A stretch of 64,000 nucleotides of DNA from an uncultured Pseudomonadales bacterium (GTDB taxonomy: Bacteria > Patescibacteriota > Microgenomatia > UBA1400 > RBG-16-45-19), in the NCBI GenBank assembly GCA_964441155.1, contig CAYYKL010000001.1, positions 216,393 through 280,392 of the forward strand. The letters are read 5' to 3'. Under the pieces are notes generated by a model. The model searched no databases. It worked only from the letters and a program-made list of their open reading frames with translations, and was not told the origin of the DNA. The stretch's first letter is position 1. Every line of letters starts with the position of its first letter. The position numbers and the translations under genes are program-made. Below are positions 49,800-60,270 of the stretch, in pieces.

Positions 49800-49861
49800 A
49801 TAGTGACTCTATCACAAACTACATAATAAACTGGTTGTTTTTAGATCAAAAACTAAATTAT

Positions 49862-51046
49862 TTACAGCTTTCTTTTTGCCAAAGCAAATACACCTGAAGT
49901 TAACATCACGCCAATTATGAGAATTGCAATTGCTAATAATGCTATCGTCCAGGCCGCGTTGAATCGCTCGATGGAAATGCCAATGAACACTGCGGTCAGT
50001 ACATAGGGCAAGCGAGAAAGCATCGAAAAGGTTGAGAGAGCAGTGGCGCGAGAATTTGACGACACACTTTCATTGATCACGGTACTTGCCTGAATCTCTG
50101 GCCATTGATAGACAGCGAAGCGCGCTAAAATTAGCAATGATCCGAAAAGCATGCCGACAAAGGGAGCTAATATGGCCGATCCCAAAAGTATGCCCGCAGT
50201 TAACACGGCCAACCCCGAAAAGCCAAATATTTTTCTAAGCCATTCATAGAAAAAATTCCCCATTGCCCCCGCAAAAATGGCCACCGCGAACAACACTCCC
50301 ATAGTTGCCTCGTTTAAGCCATAGTAAATTGCCAAAGCGTTGTCTAATGATGCACCAATTGCGATAACCGCCACACTACTCATAAACAAAATCGATAACA
50401 GCGGTTTTGCCAACACACCGGTTTTTAGCACGTTAAACCCGACACCTGTTTTGGTCACAAATTCTTTGAAGCTGAAATGATCGGTGTCGATCGGCGGCTC
50501 GGTGAAAAAGAAGCTGGCTATGAGGGCAATTAAACACGTGAGTGCCAATAAATAGAAAGGCAAGCCCGGCAAAAGTGTGTAAGCGACGCCGCCCACAACA
50601 CTGGCCAATGCCATCGAAACAAGGCCTATCGAAGTCAATTTTGACAAAATCGCATCGTATTCCGCTTCACGCTTGAGCGTTTTAAGTGAGTCATAGATAA
50701 ACGCGTGATGCGTGCCTGAAAAAAGCGCGTGCCCGAGCCCAGCCAACAGCACTGAAATGAGCAACATCGAATAATTTTGCGCTGCGCCCATAATTAAGGC
50801 GTTAAGGCCAGTGATGAAGAATGCTGCCATGAGCGTTTTTTTCTTGCCAAAAAAGTCTGCAATCGCACCAGTGGGGATTTCAAACAAAAATGAACTGGTG
50901 TAGGCGACCAATTCGATGACCCCAATGCCTTGATAATCCGTGAACAAGAGATAAAAAGAGATCCAAATCCCCGACCAAAACAAAGCTTGGAAACAAGCGG
51001 TAGTCAAGTAACTGAGGCGAAGATTGCGCTGCATTAACGTTGTCAT
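49862..51046 (-). CDS. MFS transporter
   Basis: 394 aa, 12 TM segments. Confidence 0.65.
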   Translation of the reverse strand: MTTLMQRNLRLSYLTTACFQALFWSGIWISFYLLFTDYQGIGVIELVAYTSSFLFEIPTGAIADFFGKKKTLMAAFFITGLNALIMGAAQNYSMLLISVLLAGLGHALFSGTHHAFIYDSLKTLKREAEYDAILSKLTSIGLVSMALASVVGGVAYTLLPGLPFYLLALTCLIALIASFFFTEPPIDTDHFSFKEFVTKTGVGFNVLKTGVLAKPLLSILFMSSVAVIAIGASLDNALAIYYGLNEATMGVLFAVAIFAGAMGNFFYEWLRKIFGFSGLAVLTAGILLGSAILAPFVGMLFGSLLILARFAVYQWPEIQASTVINESVSSNSRATALSTFSMLSRLPYVLTAVFIGISIERFNAAWTIALLAIAILIIGVMLTSGVFALAKRKL

Positions 51047-51245
51047 ACAGTTAATTCTATACCCTCACAATATGCGCACTTAGCTCATTAAGCCTTATTA
51101 CTTACAGGCAAAATATTGTTCGATCCCGCTAAAAGTGGGAGAGAACTAAAAAAGAACTTACTTCTCGCTTTGCTCGAAGAATATTTCTTAGACTGAATCT
51201 CGTGTTTTTATGTATCTAACTCTCTCAAGAAGTATAATAGCGTGA

Positions 51246-52274
51246 ATGATTAGAATCTATGATTGGCTGGAAAGCCAAAATCAGCCGAAATTTAGGATCA
51301 AGCAGTTTAACCAAGCCTACTATAAAGAGCATGCTTTAAATTTTGAAGCTATTACCACTTGGCCAAAATCGTTGCGAGATGCCGCAAGCAAAGATTTGGC
51401 GTTTGATCTACTTGAATTGGTTCTTTCTCAGGATTCCAAGGAGAGCAAGACATCAAAATTTGTGTTTAAGCGTGCAAATGGACAACTTATTGAAACGGTT
51501 TTGATGCGCCACCAAGGAAAAAGGAACACGGTCTGCGTGAGTTGCATGCGCGGTTGCCCCGTCAAATGCACGTTTTGTGCGACAGGTGCCCTGGGTTTTG
51601 GCGGGCACTTGAGTGCGGATGAAATTGTGGAACAAGTCGTTTATTGCAATCGCCTGCTGGCTAAAGAAAAGGAATCCGTTACCAATGTTGTTTTTATGGG
51701 CATGGGTGAGCCAATGCTTAACTTGAACAATGTGGAGTCCTCAATCGACATAATGACGCATCCTGATCAGATCGGTCTTGGCGGAAGAAAAATCACGCTA
51801 TCTACTTCTGGATATGTCGCTCAACTACGCTTACTTATGGACAAAGGATTCAGAGGCAGATTGGCCATTAGTTTGCATGCACCAAATCAAGCGTTGCGAG
51901 AAGAGCTCATGCCCGTTGCCAAAGTATTTTCGCTGGATGAACTCATGCATGCCATGGACGATTTTGTGCGTCTCACCAATAAACGAATTACGTATGAATA
52001 TGTGATGATCAACGATGTAAACGATCGCTCAACACATGCTCATCAATTGGGAAAATTATTAAATAATCGTTTGGCCCACGTCAATCTCATTCCGTATAAC
52101 AAAGTTGAAGGCAAAACATTTGAACGCTCGAGTCAAAAATCGCTGCATCGCTTTGCGGCAATTTTAGATGGTTATGAGGTGGCGCACTCGATTCGAGGCA
52201 CTATGGGAGACGATATTGCCGCCGCATGTGGACAGTTAGCAGCAAGCATCACAGATTCCCAGACTCTTCAATAA
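51246..52274 (+). CDS. rlmN: 23S rRNA/tRNA adenine-C2 methyltransferase, radical SAM
   Basis: CPVKCTFC radical-SAM cluster motif. N-terminal DWLESQNQPKFRIKQFNQAYY is typical of RlmN. The TATAAT at 51231-51236 suggests a leaderless or very short 5'UTR. Confidence 0.85.
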   Translation: MIRIYDWLESQNQPKFRIKQFNQAYYKEHALNFEAITTWPKSLRDAASKDLAFDLLELVLSQDSKESKTSKFVFKRANGQLIETVLMRHQGKRNTVCVSCMRGCPVKCTFCATGALGFGGHLSADEIVEQVVYCNRLLAKEKESVTNVVFMGMGEPMLNLNNVESSIDIMTHPDQIGLGGRKITLSTSGYVAQLRLLMDKGFRGRLAISLHAPNQALREELMPVAKVFSLDELMHAMDDFVRLTNKRITYEYVMINDVNDRSTHAHQLGKLLNNRLAHVNLIPYNKVEGKTFERSSQKSLHRFAAILDGYEVAHSIRGTMGDDIAAACGQLAASITDSQTLQ

Positions 52275-52415
52275 ATATGATATCCACGAGCTATGTGTCA
52301 TTCCCGCTTTAAGCGGGAATCCAGGTTTACTACTATAGATTCCCGATGCAGGCACGCTTTGCCGAAGCTTGCACGGCTTCGCTGCCTCCTCGAGAATGAC
52401 GTTAGAAATGAAAGA

Positions 52416-53948
52416 TTATTTACGGTTGTAGATGAGAATATCAGGCCCATTGGTTTGAGCAATTCGCTTGATTAGCGTCATTTCGTGCAACGGATGGAAT
52501 TCAATCGGACTTAAACCAATAGGGTCAATATCCTTTGTTTCCGCAATCACCACCAACTGCTCGAGATTATTGTAGTCATCTTCGTGAGCTGGTGGGTTAT
52601 TACTCACTTCAAAAAAGTAGCGGTAGTTTAATGCCTTGTATTCTCTGTCATCGGCGATCATGGCGACATTGTATTTTTTATCGGCAAGTAAAAAGGGCAT
52701 GGTTACATCAACTACTCGTTGGAATCGTGAGAGTGACTTGGCTTCGGCAGTGAATGGATGAGCTTGGCGGAGATTTATCAATGACACCAGCATGAGCAAG
52801 GAAATTGCCAGTCCTTTTCCGATTATGTGTGTTTTATAGATGGTTCCCAAAGCTACACCCCAAACTATGGCGGCTACCGGAAAGAAAAATGCCACATAGT
52901 GTTCATAGACAGAGCTCGTATATAAGTAGCTTCCAAGCCAGGTTGTGACCAGCAACAACAACACCATGAGAAAATTCTTCAAGGCAAATGATTTTTTGTA
53001 TGCTGCGAACATCCACGAGCAAACCAAGGCAAGCAATACGGGCGAAGTTGTGAGTGGTGAGGGCAAGTGAAAGAGATCGATAAGTAAAAATTTCAGGCGG
53101 TCAATAAGTTTAGTAGCCAAACTCAATCGTTGGGTAGTAGCACTTATGTGCACCTCATCACCCGTGAAAAAGCGAATAAATCCTTGGGACAATATCCCGC
53201 GGTTTTTCAAATCAAACGCAATTTGAGGTATGAGTGTTAATCCGAATAACAGGAAACCAACGAAACTCCATGCAAGAATGTGCTTTCTTTGCTTTGACTG
53301 GGTTGTCAACAGATAGAGCGAATACCCTCCGACTACCCCACCTATAACTAATGCCATGTAGTGCAATTGGATAATAAGCCCAAACATGAACCAAGCAATG
53401 GCTATAAACTTGGCATTTTTTTGGCTTTCATGGAGGCAATACATGATCAAGAGCATGAACAGCGGCATGATATTGGGATTCCAGGAAAAGCGACTGTGCG
53501 TGATTGCGCTCCCCATAACGACATAGAGGGCCAAAGAAAAAATTGCCGCGCGTTTGCCAAACATTTTGCGAGCCAAGATGTAAAGCAAAACTGTGCTCAA
53601 AACATTTGCCACAGCCACACCGATGACGGGGCCAACGGGACTTGGATAAGTGAGCGCCAACCAAGGAGCCATGTAGTAGTAGTAAAATGGACCAAGATAG
53701 AGATTACCCACACTTGTAACGGGACCAATAAAGGGAAGATTTCCCTCAGTTAGCATGCGCTTGACGAGAATTGCATCTCGACCTTGATCACCCTGAAAAT
53801 GGATCGTGTCGCTCAGGCGATAGAAACGCAAAAAACAACCCAAGAGAATGAGCGCAATAACCAGCATTCCTTCTGGCTTAGCCGCGAAAGATTTTAGAAT
53901 AGATACCATTCTTTTAAGGGGAAAAGAAACCATAGTCATGCCTCGCAT
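52416..53948 (-). CDS. GT-C superfamily membrane glycosyltransferase (GT39/ArnT-like), second paralog
   Basis: 510 aa, multi-TM throughout. Directly downstream of the GT2 polyprenol-phosphate glycosyltransferase gene. Confidence 0.55.
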   Translation of the reverse strand: MRGMTMVSFPLKRMVSILKSFAAKPEGMLVIALILLGCFLRFYRLSDTIHFQGDQGRDAILVKRMLTEGNLPFIGPVTSVGNLYLGPFYYYYMAPWLALTYPSPVGPVIGVAVANVLSTVLLYILARKMFGKRAAIFSLALYVVMGSAITHSRFSWNPNIMPLFMLLIMYCLHESQKNAKFIAIAWFMFGLIIQLHYMALVIGGVVGGYSLYLLTTQSKQRKHILAWSFVGFLLFGLTLIPQIAFDLKNRGILSQGFIRFFTGDEVHISATTQRLSLATKLIDRLKFLLIDLFHLPSPLTTSPVLLALVCSWMFAAYKKSFALKNFLMVLLLLVTTWLGSYLYTSSVYEHYVAFFFPVAAIVWGVALGTIYKTHIIGKGLAISLLMLVSLINLRQAHPFTAEAKSLSRFQRVVDVTMPFLLADKKYNVAMIADDREYKALNYRYFFEVSNNPPAHEDDYNNLEQLVVIAETKDIDPIGLSPIEFHPLHEMTLIKRIAQTNGPDILIYNRK

Positions 53949-53963
53949 ACTTTAGAAACGGAA

Positions 53964-55157
53964 TTATTTCTTTTTCCAAATGAAGGTAGTGTAGGCGGCA
54001 TAGTTCCAAACCATACCCAAAAAGATTCCAATTAGGGCGAACACAATGTCTGACTCAATCCATACAGCGAGCAGCGGAAGCAGAATGAGTGGACGCAAGC
54101 CAATGGTAGCTTGACCAATGAGTGCCACCACCTGCTGAATCACAATCGAACCTGTGGATGCTAAGTTGAATTGCACGAATTTAGAACCCAATTCGTTAGT
54201 GGCAAGCTTGCGATCTGCAAATGTTAAGAGATTGCTCCAAATGAAATTAGAAACAACCGCCATTTCCACACTAAAAAAATACGCCAGCTGGAACGGCAAA
54301 AAGAATCGAAACATTCTGAGTGTAGAGAGTTGCACGAGCGCCCCGATTGCTCCGACGAAGCCAAACCGAAATAGGCGGTGATTTCCAATCTCTTTGGCTC
54401 TAACTTTTAGAATGTATTTGAGGTTGTTAATAATATATTCCGTTCCTAGTTTTGATTCACCGTGATCGCGATCAATAAATTGAATGGGAACCTCGGCAAT
54501 CTTAAAATTTTTGCGAACTGCTTTATGTAGGAAGCCTATTTGGAACGAATATCCGGCAAATTTTGCCTCGGTAAGTTCGGGCAAGACTGCCTCAATTACA
54601 CTCCGCTTGATGCCTCGATATCCGGTAGTCCAATCGCTAATGGAAAAGTTGGTAATCACCAGTTGGATAAACTTATTGCCAAAAATGCTTAAAAATTTGC
54701 GATGAAGGCCCCAATCTGAGGGAATACTACCACCCTTGATATAGCGAGAACCCAAAACCATATCGAATCCTTCGCTTAGCTTTTTGAGCATGGGTTTAAT
54801 TTTATTTGGGTTATGCGAGAGGTCAGCGTCGAATTCAAACACAATGTCTGCTTTAAGTGAATCTAGGGCATAGCGCATGCCCTTGGTATAAGCCCCACCT
54901 AAGCCTGATTTTTTCTGATTCAGGAGCAAATGTACTCGCGTTGTTTTTTTCGCAAAAGCTTCTGCCACCTCACTTGTTTTATCGGGAGATGAGTCATCCA
55001 CCACTAAAATATATGGCTCATACGAATCGGTAATGGTTGGAAAAACCTGATCAAGAAGAATCGGCAGCAATCGGGAAATATTTTTGCGCTCGTTGTACGT
55101 GGGAACAATAATAACAACCTTAGGCTTGCTACTGGTCATGCTGCACCATCTCCACAT
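53964..55157 (-). CDS. polyprenol-phosphate sugar synthase-type GT2 glycosyltransferase (DPM1/ArnC-like) with a GtrA-like C-terminal TM domain
   Basis: [14 protein letters not shown] ... VVDDSSPD ... (DxD region). C-terminal 4-TM GtrA-like segment. Confidence 0.75.
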   Translation of the reverse strand: MWRWCSMTSSKPKVVIIVPTYNERKNISRLLPILLDQVFPTITDSYEPYILVVDDSSPDKTSEVAEAFAKKTTRVHLLLNQKKSGLGGAYTKGMRYALDSLKADIVFEFDADLSHNPNKIKPMLKKLSEGFDMVLGSRYIKGGSIPSDWGLHRKFLSIFGNKFIQLVITNFSISDWTTGYRGIKRSVIEAVLPELTEAKFAGYSFQIGFLHKAVRKNFKIAEVPIQFIDRDHGESKLGTEYIINNLKYILKVRAKEIGNHRLFRFGFVGAIGALVQLSTLRMFRFFLPFQLAYFFSVEMAVVSNFIWSNLLTFADRKLATNELGSKFVQFNLASTGSIVIQQVVALIGQATIGLRPLILLPLLAVWIESDIVFALIGIFLGMVWNYAAYTTFIWKKK

Positions 55158-56094
55158 CAGCTTTCACCATGATTTCCACCATTTCATCGAAGCTGGTTTT
55201 GGGAACCCAATTCAGTTTTGCTTTTGCCTTTGCCGGATCGGCCACCAACAAATCAACTTCAGCAGGGCGCATAAAATCATCGCTAATTTCAACATATTTC
55301 TGCCAATCAAGATCGACTGCTGCGAAGGCTTTTTGGGCGAATTCTTGCACCGACCACGTTAATCCGGTCCCAACTACAAAATCATCAGGCTCGTCTTGTT
55401 GCAGCATTAACCACATTGCCTCAACATAATCGGGCGCATAGCCCCAATCCCGCTTTGAACTCAAGTTACCCAGCAACAATTTGTCTTGCTTTTTTAAATA
55501 GATTCTGGCTACGGCATGAGAAATTTTGCGCGTCACAAACTCAAGGCCACGTCGAGGTGATTCATGATTAAAAAGAATTCCTGATGTGGCGAAAATATTA
55601 TACGATTCACGATAATTCACCGTGATCCAATGGCCGTAGACTTTGGCTACACCATAAGGGCTGCGAGGATAGAACGGTGTGGCTTCGTTTTGTGGAGTTT
55701 GCTGTACTTTTCCAAACATTTCGCTCGAACTTGCTTGATAAAACTTGGCATTGGGATTGGCTAGCTTTACTGCTTCCAGCATGCGGGTCACTCCGAGTGC
55801 CGTAAATTCTCCGGTTAAAACAGGCTGGCTCCAAGAGGTCGGCACAAAACTTTGCGCGGCCAGGTTATAGACTTCTTCTGGCTGTATATCTTTCACCAAC
55901 TGGGTGAGTGAGTGTTGGTCGAGGAGATCTCCTTGATGCAAGTGAATTGAATCGATAATGCCGTTGATGCGCTCGTAGTTTTGGGTTGAAGTGCGGCGCG
56001 TTACGCCATGCACTTCGTAGCCTTTTGTCAGTAAAAACTCAGCTAAATACGAGCCATCTTGACCAGTCACTCCGGTAATCAGAGCTTTTTTCAT
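55129..56094 (-). CDS. gmd: GDP-mannose 4,6-dehydratase
   Basis: [29 protein letters not shown]; SSSEMFG; Y-xxx-K catalytic motif. Confidence 0.88.
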   Translation of the reverse strand: MKKALITGVTGQDGSYLAEFLLTKGYEVHGVTRRTSTQNYERINGIIDSIHLHQGDLLDQHSLTQLVKDIQPEEVYNLAAQSFVPTSWSQPVLTGEFTALGVTRMLEAVKLANPNAKFYQASSSEMFGKVQQTPQNEATPFYPRSPYGVAKVYGHWITVNYRESYNIFATSGILFNHESPRRGLEFVTRKISHAVARIYLKKQDKLLLGNLSSKRDWGYAPDYVEAMWLMLQQDEPDDFVVGTGLTWSVQEFAQKAFAAVDLDWQKYVEISDDFMRPAEVDLLVADPAKAKAKLNWVPKTSFDEMVEIMVKADVEMVQHDQ

Positions 56095-56107
56095 GGGGAC
56101 TTCCTTC

Positions 56108-57091
56108 CTATCGGTTGTTGGTTGAAGTTAATTGCGTGTTTCGCCAATAGTGTAACACGCGCTCGAGGGTGACGTGTATGGGGACACTCGGTTGCCAACC
56201 GGATAATTTTATAAATTTTCTTGGATTACACACGAGCCTCGTCTCATCAGCAATCCGAACTCTTGATGCTTCTTGCTGGACCTGAATCTCAACGTCTGAC
56301 ATGTCAAGTAAAAGATTCAAAATTTCACGGATACTGATTTCCTTGCCAGAGCCGAGGTTGTACACTTCACCCGGTTTACCCAGCTCAAGTGCCAGCGCGT
56401 ATGCCCGCACCATATCTTTCACGTCCGTAAAATCACGAATCGACTCCAGGTTGCCTACTTGAATGGTGGGTTCTTGGCGATTGGCTTCAATAGCAGCAAT
56501 TTGCGCTGCAAATCCTGGAACCACAAAAGCGCTCACTTGTCGCTCACCCGTATGGTTGAAGGGACGCACTCGAATGACATTGAGGTTATAGGTGAGGTGA
56601 TACTGCAAACCCAAAAAATCTTGAGCAATTTTGCTTACCGCATAGGGAGTGACCGGATTTAAGCTTTGCAATTCATCTATTGCACTCGTGTCACTTCCTG
56701 AAGTAATCATGCCATATTCGTCCGCCGATCCTACAATGAGGATTTTTGCTTCGGGCGCAGACATTCGAAGTGCCTCAAGAAGATTCACTTGGGCAGTTAT
56801 GTTATTGGTCAGTGTTTCGGCTGGAGCATTGAGACTAGCAGCAGGTGATGAGAGGGCGGCCAAATGATACACCTGTGTCGGTTTGATCTCCTCGATTAAG
56901 TGTCTCGTCGCTTGTGTATCAAGCAGATTGAGGTCATGTAGATGCAGGCTTGGATTGTTAGCGAAAACGTTTATTTCAGTTCCAAACACCGTGCCATGCA
57001 ACTCCTGGACACTTTCACTAAGCAAGTATTCAGTGAGGTGTGATCCGGCAAATCCAGAAGCACCGGTGATGAGAATTCGATTATCTGACAT
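56108..57091 (-). CDS. NAD-dependent sugar-nucleotide reductase/epimerase, likely GDP-4-keto-6-deoxy-D-mannose reductase (Rmd-like)
   Basis: [14 protein letters not shown] Rossmann motif. Positioned immediately after gmd. Confidence 0.55.
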   Translation of the reverse strand: MSDNRILITGASGFAGSHLTEYLLSESVQELHGTVFGTEINVFANNPSLHLHDLNLLDTQATRHLIEEIKPTQVYHLAALSSPAASLNAPAETLTNNITAQVNLLEALRMSAPEAKILIVGSADEYGMITSGSDTSAIDELQSLNPVTPYAVSKIAQDFLGLQYHLTYNLNVIRVRPFNHTGERQVSAFVVPGFAAQIAAIEANRQEPTIQVGNLESIRDFTDVKDMVRAYALALELGKPGEVYNLGSGKEISIREILNLLLDMSDVEIQVQQEASRVRIADETRLVCNPRKFIKLSGWQPSVPIHVTLERVLHYWRNTQLTSTNNR

Positions 57092-57107
57092 AACGTGCTG
57101 TTTCTTT

Positions 57108-58409
57108 CTAGAGTCTCACTTGCTTCATACCAATGCCCACATAGGTGAATCCGGCTTGAACAACTAATTTCGGATCATATTGATTCCTCGTGTCGATAAA
57201 GCAGCACTGTTTATTGCTTCGAGCTTTAAGCTTGCGTAAATCCAGGTTGGTAAGCTGTGACCATTCAACAAGCAACATAATAACTTGAGCTCCCTTTGCC
57301 GCTTCATAGGCATCTGCCGCGTAGGTAATTCCTTCAAGCAGAGCCTTAGCTTCTTCCATGGCTTGCGGGTCGTGAGCGGTGATGGTGGCACCCTGCTCTA
57401 ATAGGTAAGGAATCACTTTTAACGAAGGTGCTTCGCGCATATCATTAGTGTTGGGCTTGAATGACAATCCCAAAATGGCTATCGATTTGCCTGCAAAGCC
57501 TCCAATTGCTTCTCCGAATTCCTGCATTTTGTTGAAAATGCGAGCATCGTTTAGCTCGTCAATTTTTACCAAAAGACTGTCAGCTTCACCAACACTTCGC
57601 GCATAGGCCGCCAATTCTTTCACATCTTTGGGGAAACACGACCCGCCATAGCCAAGACCCGGATACCAATAATGACTACCGATTCGAGCATCAGCCCCAA
57701 TTGCCTGAATCACTTCCTGAATATTGGCCCCGTTTTTCTCACACAGATTGGCAATTTGGTTTATGAAAGTGATGCGTTGCGCGAGGTATGCGTTGGCCGA
57801 ATACTTGGCCATTTGCGCGCTTTCAGGACTTATGATGATGCGCTTACCACTTAATGGTTCATGTAATTGCAATAGGGTTTCGATAACCTGAGGCTCTGTA
57901 GCACCAATCACCACTCGATCAGGATTGAGTGTGTCGTAAACTGCAGAGCCTTCTTTTAAGAATTCTGGCAAGCTGGCCACATAAAAATTTTTGTTGGTAG
58001 TGCTTGCCAAAATCTCTCTGACTTTATCACTCGTTCCTGGCGGTACTGTGCTTTTTAGAGCCACAATTGCACCGTCTTTAAGATGAGGCGCCATCGCCTT
58101 CGTTGCCAGTTCTACATACCTGAGGTCTGCCGTGCCATCCGGGGCACTCGGTGTCCCCACGGCGATAAAAATTACCTGGGCTTCGCTTATCGCTTGTTGA
58201 TAATCTGTGGTAAATGTAAGTGTTTTGGCTGCAAGTGCTTCTTGCAACAAATCATCAAGTTGGGGTTCGAAAAAGGGAGCATGTCCATCGTTCAACGTAG
58301 CAATCTTGGATTCGTCAATATCGAGACCAATTACTTGATTGCCAAACTTGGCAAAAACGGCGCTGGTAACAACACCAACGAATCCAGTTCCAATAACAGT
58401 CAGTCGCAT
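57108..58409 (-). CDS. nucleotide-sugar 6-dehydrogenase (UDP-glucose/GDP-mannose dehydrogenase family)
   Basis: N-terminal VIGTGFVGVV; catalytic GGSCFPKD. Confidence 0.8.
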   Translation of the reverse strand: MRLTVIGTGFVGVVTSAVFAKFGNQVIGLDIDESKIATLNDGHAPFFEPQLDDLLQEALAAKTLTFTTDYQQAISEAQVIFIAVGTPSAPDGTADLRYVELATKAMAPHLKDGAIVALKSTVPPGTSDKVREILASTTNKNFYVASLPEFLKEGSAVYDTLNPDRVVIGATEPQVIETLLQLHEPLSGKRIIISPESAQMAKYSANAYLAQRITFINQIANLCEKNGANIQEVIQAIGADARIGSHYWYPGLGYGGSCFPKDVKELAAYARSVGEADSLLVKIDELNDARIFNKMQEFGEAIGGFAGKSIAILGLSFKPNTNDMREAPSLKVIPYLLEQGATITAHDPQAMEEAKALLEGITYAADAYEAAKGAQVIMLLVEWSQLTNLDLRKLKARSNKQCCFIDTRNQYDPKLVVQAGFTYVGIGMKQVRL

Positions 58410-58475
58410 ATCCCGTTAGTGTAGCACAAGAAAAATCATTTGGTTTATCGAGGAAATTGCCATGCAAATTATTAT

Positions 58476-58760
58476 CTATTTGATATTTCCCATCCAATTG
58501 TCTTCACGCTCTTTGATGATGTGCTCCTGGACCCTGGCACTGCAGCCTAAATGCTGACTCTCGGTGAAGTTTGCGCAGGCATCCATATGCTTAAGGGCTT
58601 GTTTATCGGCCAGCTCATATCCCGCCTTAAATGCCTCACAATTACCAAAGCAAGGATAGCCTTTATAAATCTCCGAAGACTTAATGTCTGAGTTTTGGGT
58701 GTTGCCCATACATCCACCAAAAAGAATTAGAGAAAGAAAAAGTAACGGCAGATATTTCAT
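58476..58760 (-). CDS. small Cys-rich lipoprotein
   Basis: Lipobox LFGGC. 6 further Cys in 94 aa. Confidence 0.35.
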   Translation of the reverse strand: MKYLPLLFLSLILFGGCMGNTQNSDIKSSEIYKGYPCFGNCEAFKAGYELADKQALKHMDACANFTESQHLGCSARVQEHIIKEREDNWMGNIK

Positions 58761-58810
58761 GAGCTTTTATCCTATGGATAGTAAGATCACAAATCAAGTG
58801 CTTGATTGCC

Positions 58811-59551
58811 CTAGCGCAAATAGAGATAGGCTGCATAACCATCAACGTGTGCGCCACAGCCCCACTGCCAATCTTCAAGCAAATTTTTATTGTGACCCGA
58901 GCTATCGGACCAATCCTGTATGATTCTGGTGGCGTCTCCCGTCCCATGCCAAATATTTTCGGCCAAGCCTTTGTAGTTCAAGGCTTTGAGCTCTCCCGAA
59001 TCAACGCGCGACCGAAATCCACTGTGATCGAACGAGCCATTTATTTCTCGAGCTCTTGTTTCGGCCAAAGCGCACAGGTCGTCACGCAGACTCAAAGCAT
59101 TTTTCCCGGCAGAAGCTCGATACGTGTTCGTTGCATCTTGCAAGGCTTGCCGAGAAACACCAGAACTTGAAGGAATAATGCGGACACTAGTTGAGGTGGG
59201 AAGTGGCTGACTTTGCGGTGAGGGAGTTGGGGGAGTTTTGGTCGGATCGGGTTTGTTGGTGGGAGAAGGTAGCGGAGCTGGAGAATTGGTTGGCAATGGC
59301 GAAGGAATAGGAGTGGCAAATGGAGATGGAGTCACACTTGATCGTAACACACTCACTTCATTCAGTTTTAGAGGTGCCAATGTCGGCAAGGGTGACAAGA
59401 TTCTTGTTTGCCGAACGCGTGCTAATTTCTGCTTAGGTGAGGTGGCTGAAATTTTTATCTTTTGCGGCAAGGTGATTGCGGCCTGAGCCAAGGTCAAACC
59501 AATTACACTGGTAAAAAATCCCAGAGCAACCAATATCCCGACATATTTCAT
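58811..59551 (-). CDS. CAP/SCP (PR-1-like, YkwD-type) domain secreted protein with a Pro/Ser/Thr-rich linker
   Basis: C-terminal ...YKGLAENIWHG...HNKNLLEDWQWGCGAH. Low-complexity PSPLPTNSPAPLPSPTNKPDPTKTPPTPSP. Confidence 0.65.
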   Translation of the reverse strand: MKYVGILVALGFFTSVIGLTLAQAAITLPQKIKISATSPKQKLARVRQTRILSPLPTLAPLKLNEVSVLRSSVTPSPFATPIPSPLPTNSPAPLPSPTNKPDPTKTPPTPSPQSQPLPTSTSVRIIPSSSGVSRQALQDATNTYRASAGKNALSLRDDLCALAETRAREINGSFDHSGFRSRVDSGELKALNYKGLAENIWHGTGDATRIIQDWSDSSGHNKNLLEDWQWGCGAHVDGYAAYLYLR

Positions 59552-59748
59552 ACGAGGTATCCTGTCCATACCTAATTGTTATGCTTACCGTTATCACCAT
59601 AAACCAATGACCCAATCAATGCAAGTAATGGACGCATATATCTGTCATATTCATCTAGCAAACACATGCTTATTCAGCCATTTGTGCCTTCCAATCATGA
59701 GCATGTGACTATACAATGATCCAAATTAGTTGGAAGGCATGTACCTCT

Positions 59749-60270
59749 ATGCAAATTTCTGAGATGAATGCGCAGTGGCTTCAAAAGCAATCGTTTGCAC
59801 TGCAAAAGGAAGTGACGATTGAAGGCATATATGTCAAAGACTTAACCACCCATATGGACGGTCGAGGTGATGTTACCGAACTTTGGAGTCAGTCTTGGGT
59901 GGATGATGCCCAAGTGTTTACTCCCAAGCATGTCTACCAATCGGCCACCGATTATGGCGTAGTGAAATGTTGGCATTTGCATGAAAAACACACTGATCAA
60001 TTCACCGTCACCCGAGGAAAACTTCAAGTTTCTTTGGTGGATTTGCGCGAAAACTCCCCCACTTTTTTGCATGTTAACCGAGTCTTTCTGGGAACATCTC
60101 GACCAAAGTTTGTCAAAATTCCCCCGGGAATCATGCACGGCTGGAAGGCGTTAAGCTTTCCCGAAGTTATCGTAGTTAACTTCCAAACCGAAGTGTTTGA
60201 TATGAGTGACGAATTTCGCTTTGAATGGAATAGCGTGCTCGAGCATATTTGGGAACCGTTAAACGGTTAA
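59749..60270 (+). CDS. rmlC: dTDP-4-dehydrorhamnose 3,5-epimerase-like cupin (RmlC family)
   Basis: HLHEKHTDQFTVTRGKLQVSLVDLRENSPTF matches the RmlC core (RxxSPTFG). Start taken at an internal Met. Confidence 0.6.
   Translation: MQISEMNAQWLQKQSFALQKEVTIEGIYVKDLTTHMDGRGDVTELWSQSWVDDAQVFTPKHVYQSATDYGVVKCWHLHEKHTDQFTVTRGKLQVSLVDLRENSPTFLHVNRVFLGTSRPKFVKIPPGIMHGWKALSFPEVIVVNFQTEVFDMSDEFRFEWNSVLEHIWEPLNG

Noticed and set aside
52300-52320. Hairpin ATTCCCGC-TTTAA-GCGGGAAT after rlmN as an intrinsic terminator
   Set aside because: Perfect 8-bp stem but no U-run on either strand, so it could be a protein-binding palindrome or an RNA-stability element instead. Not called.
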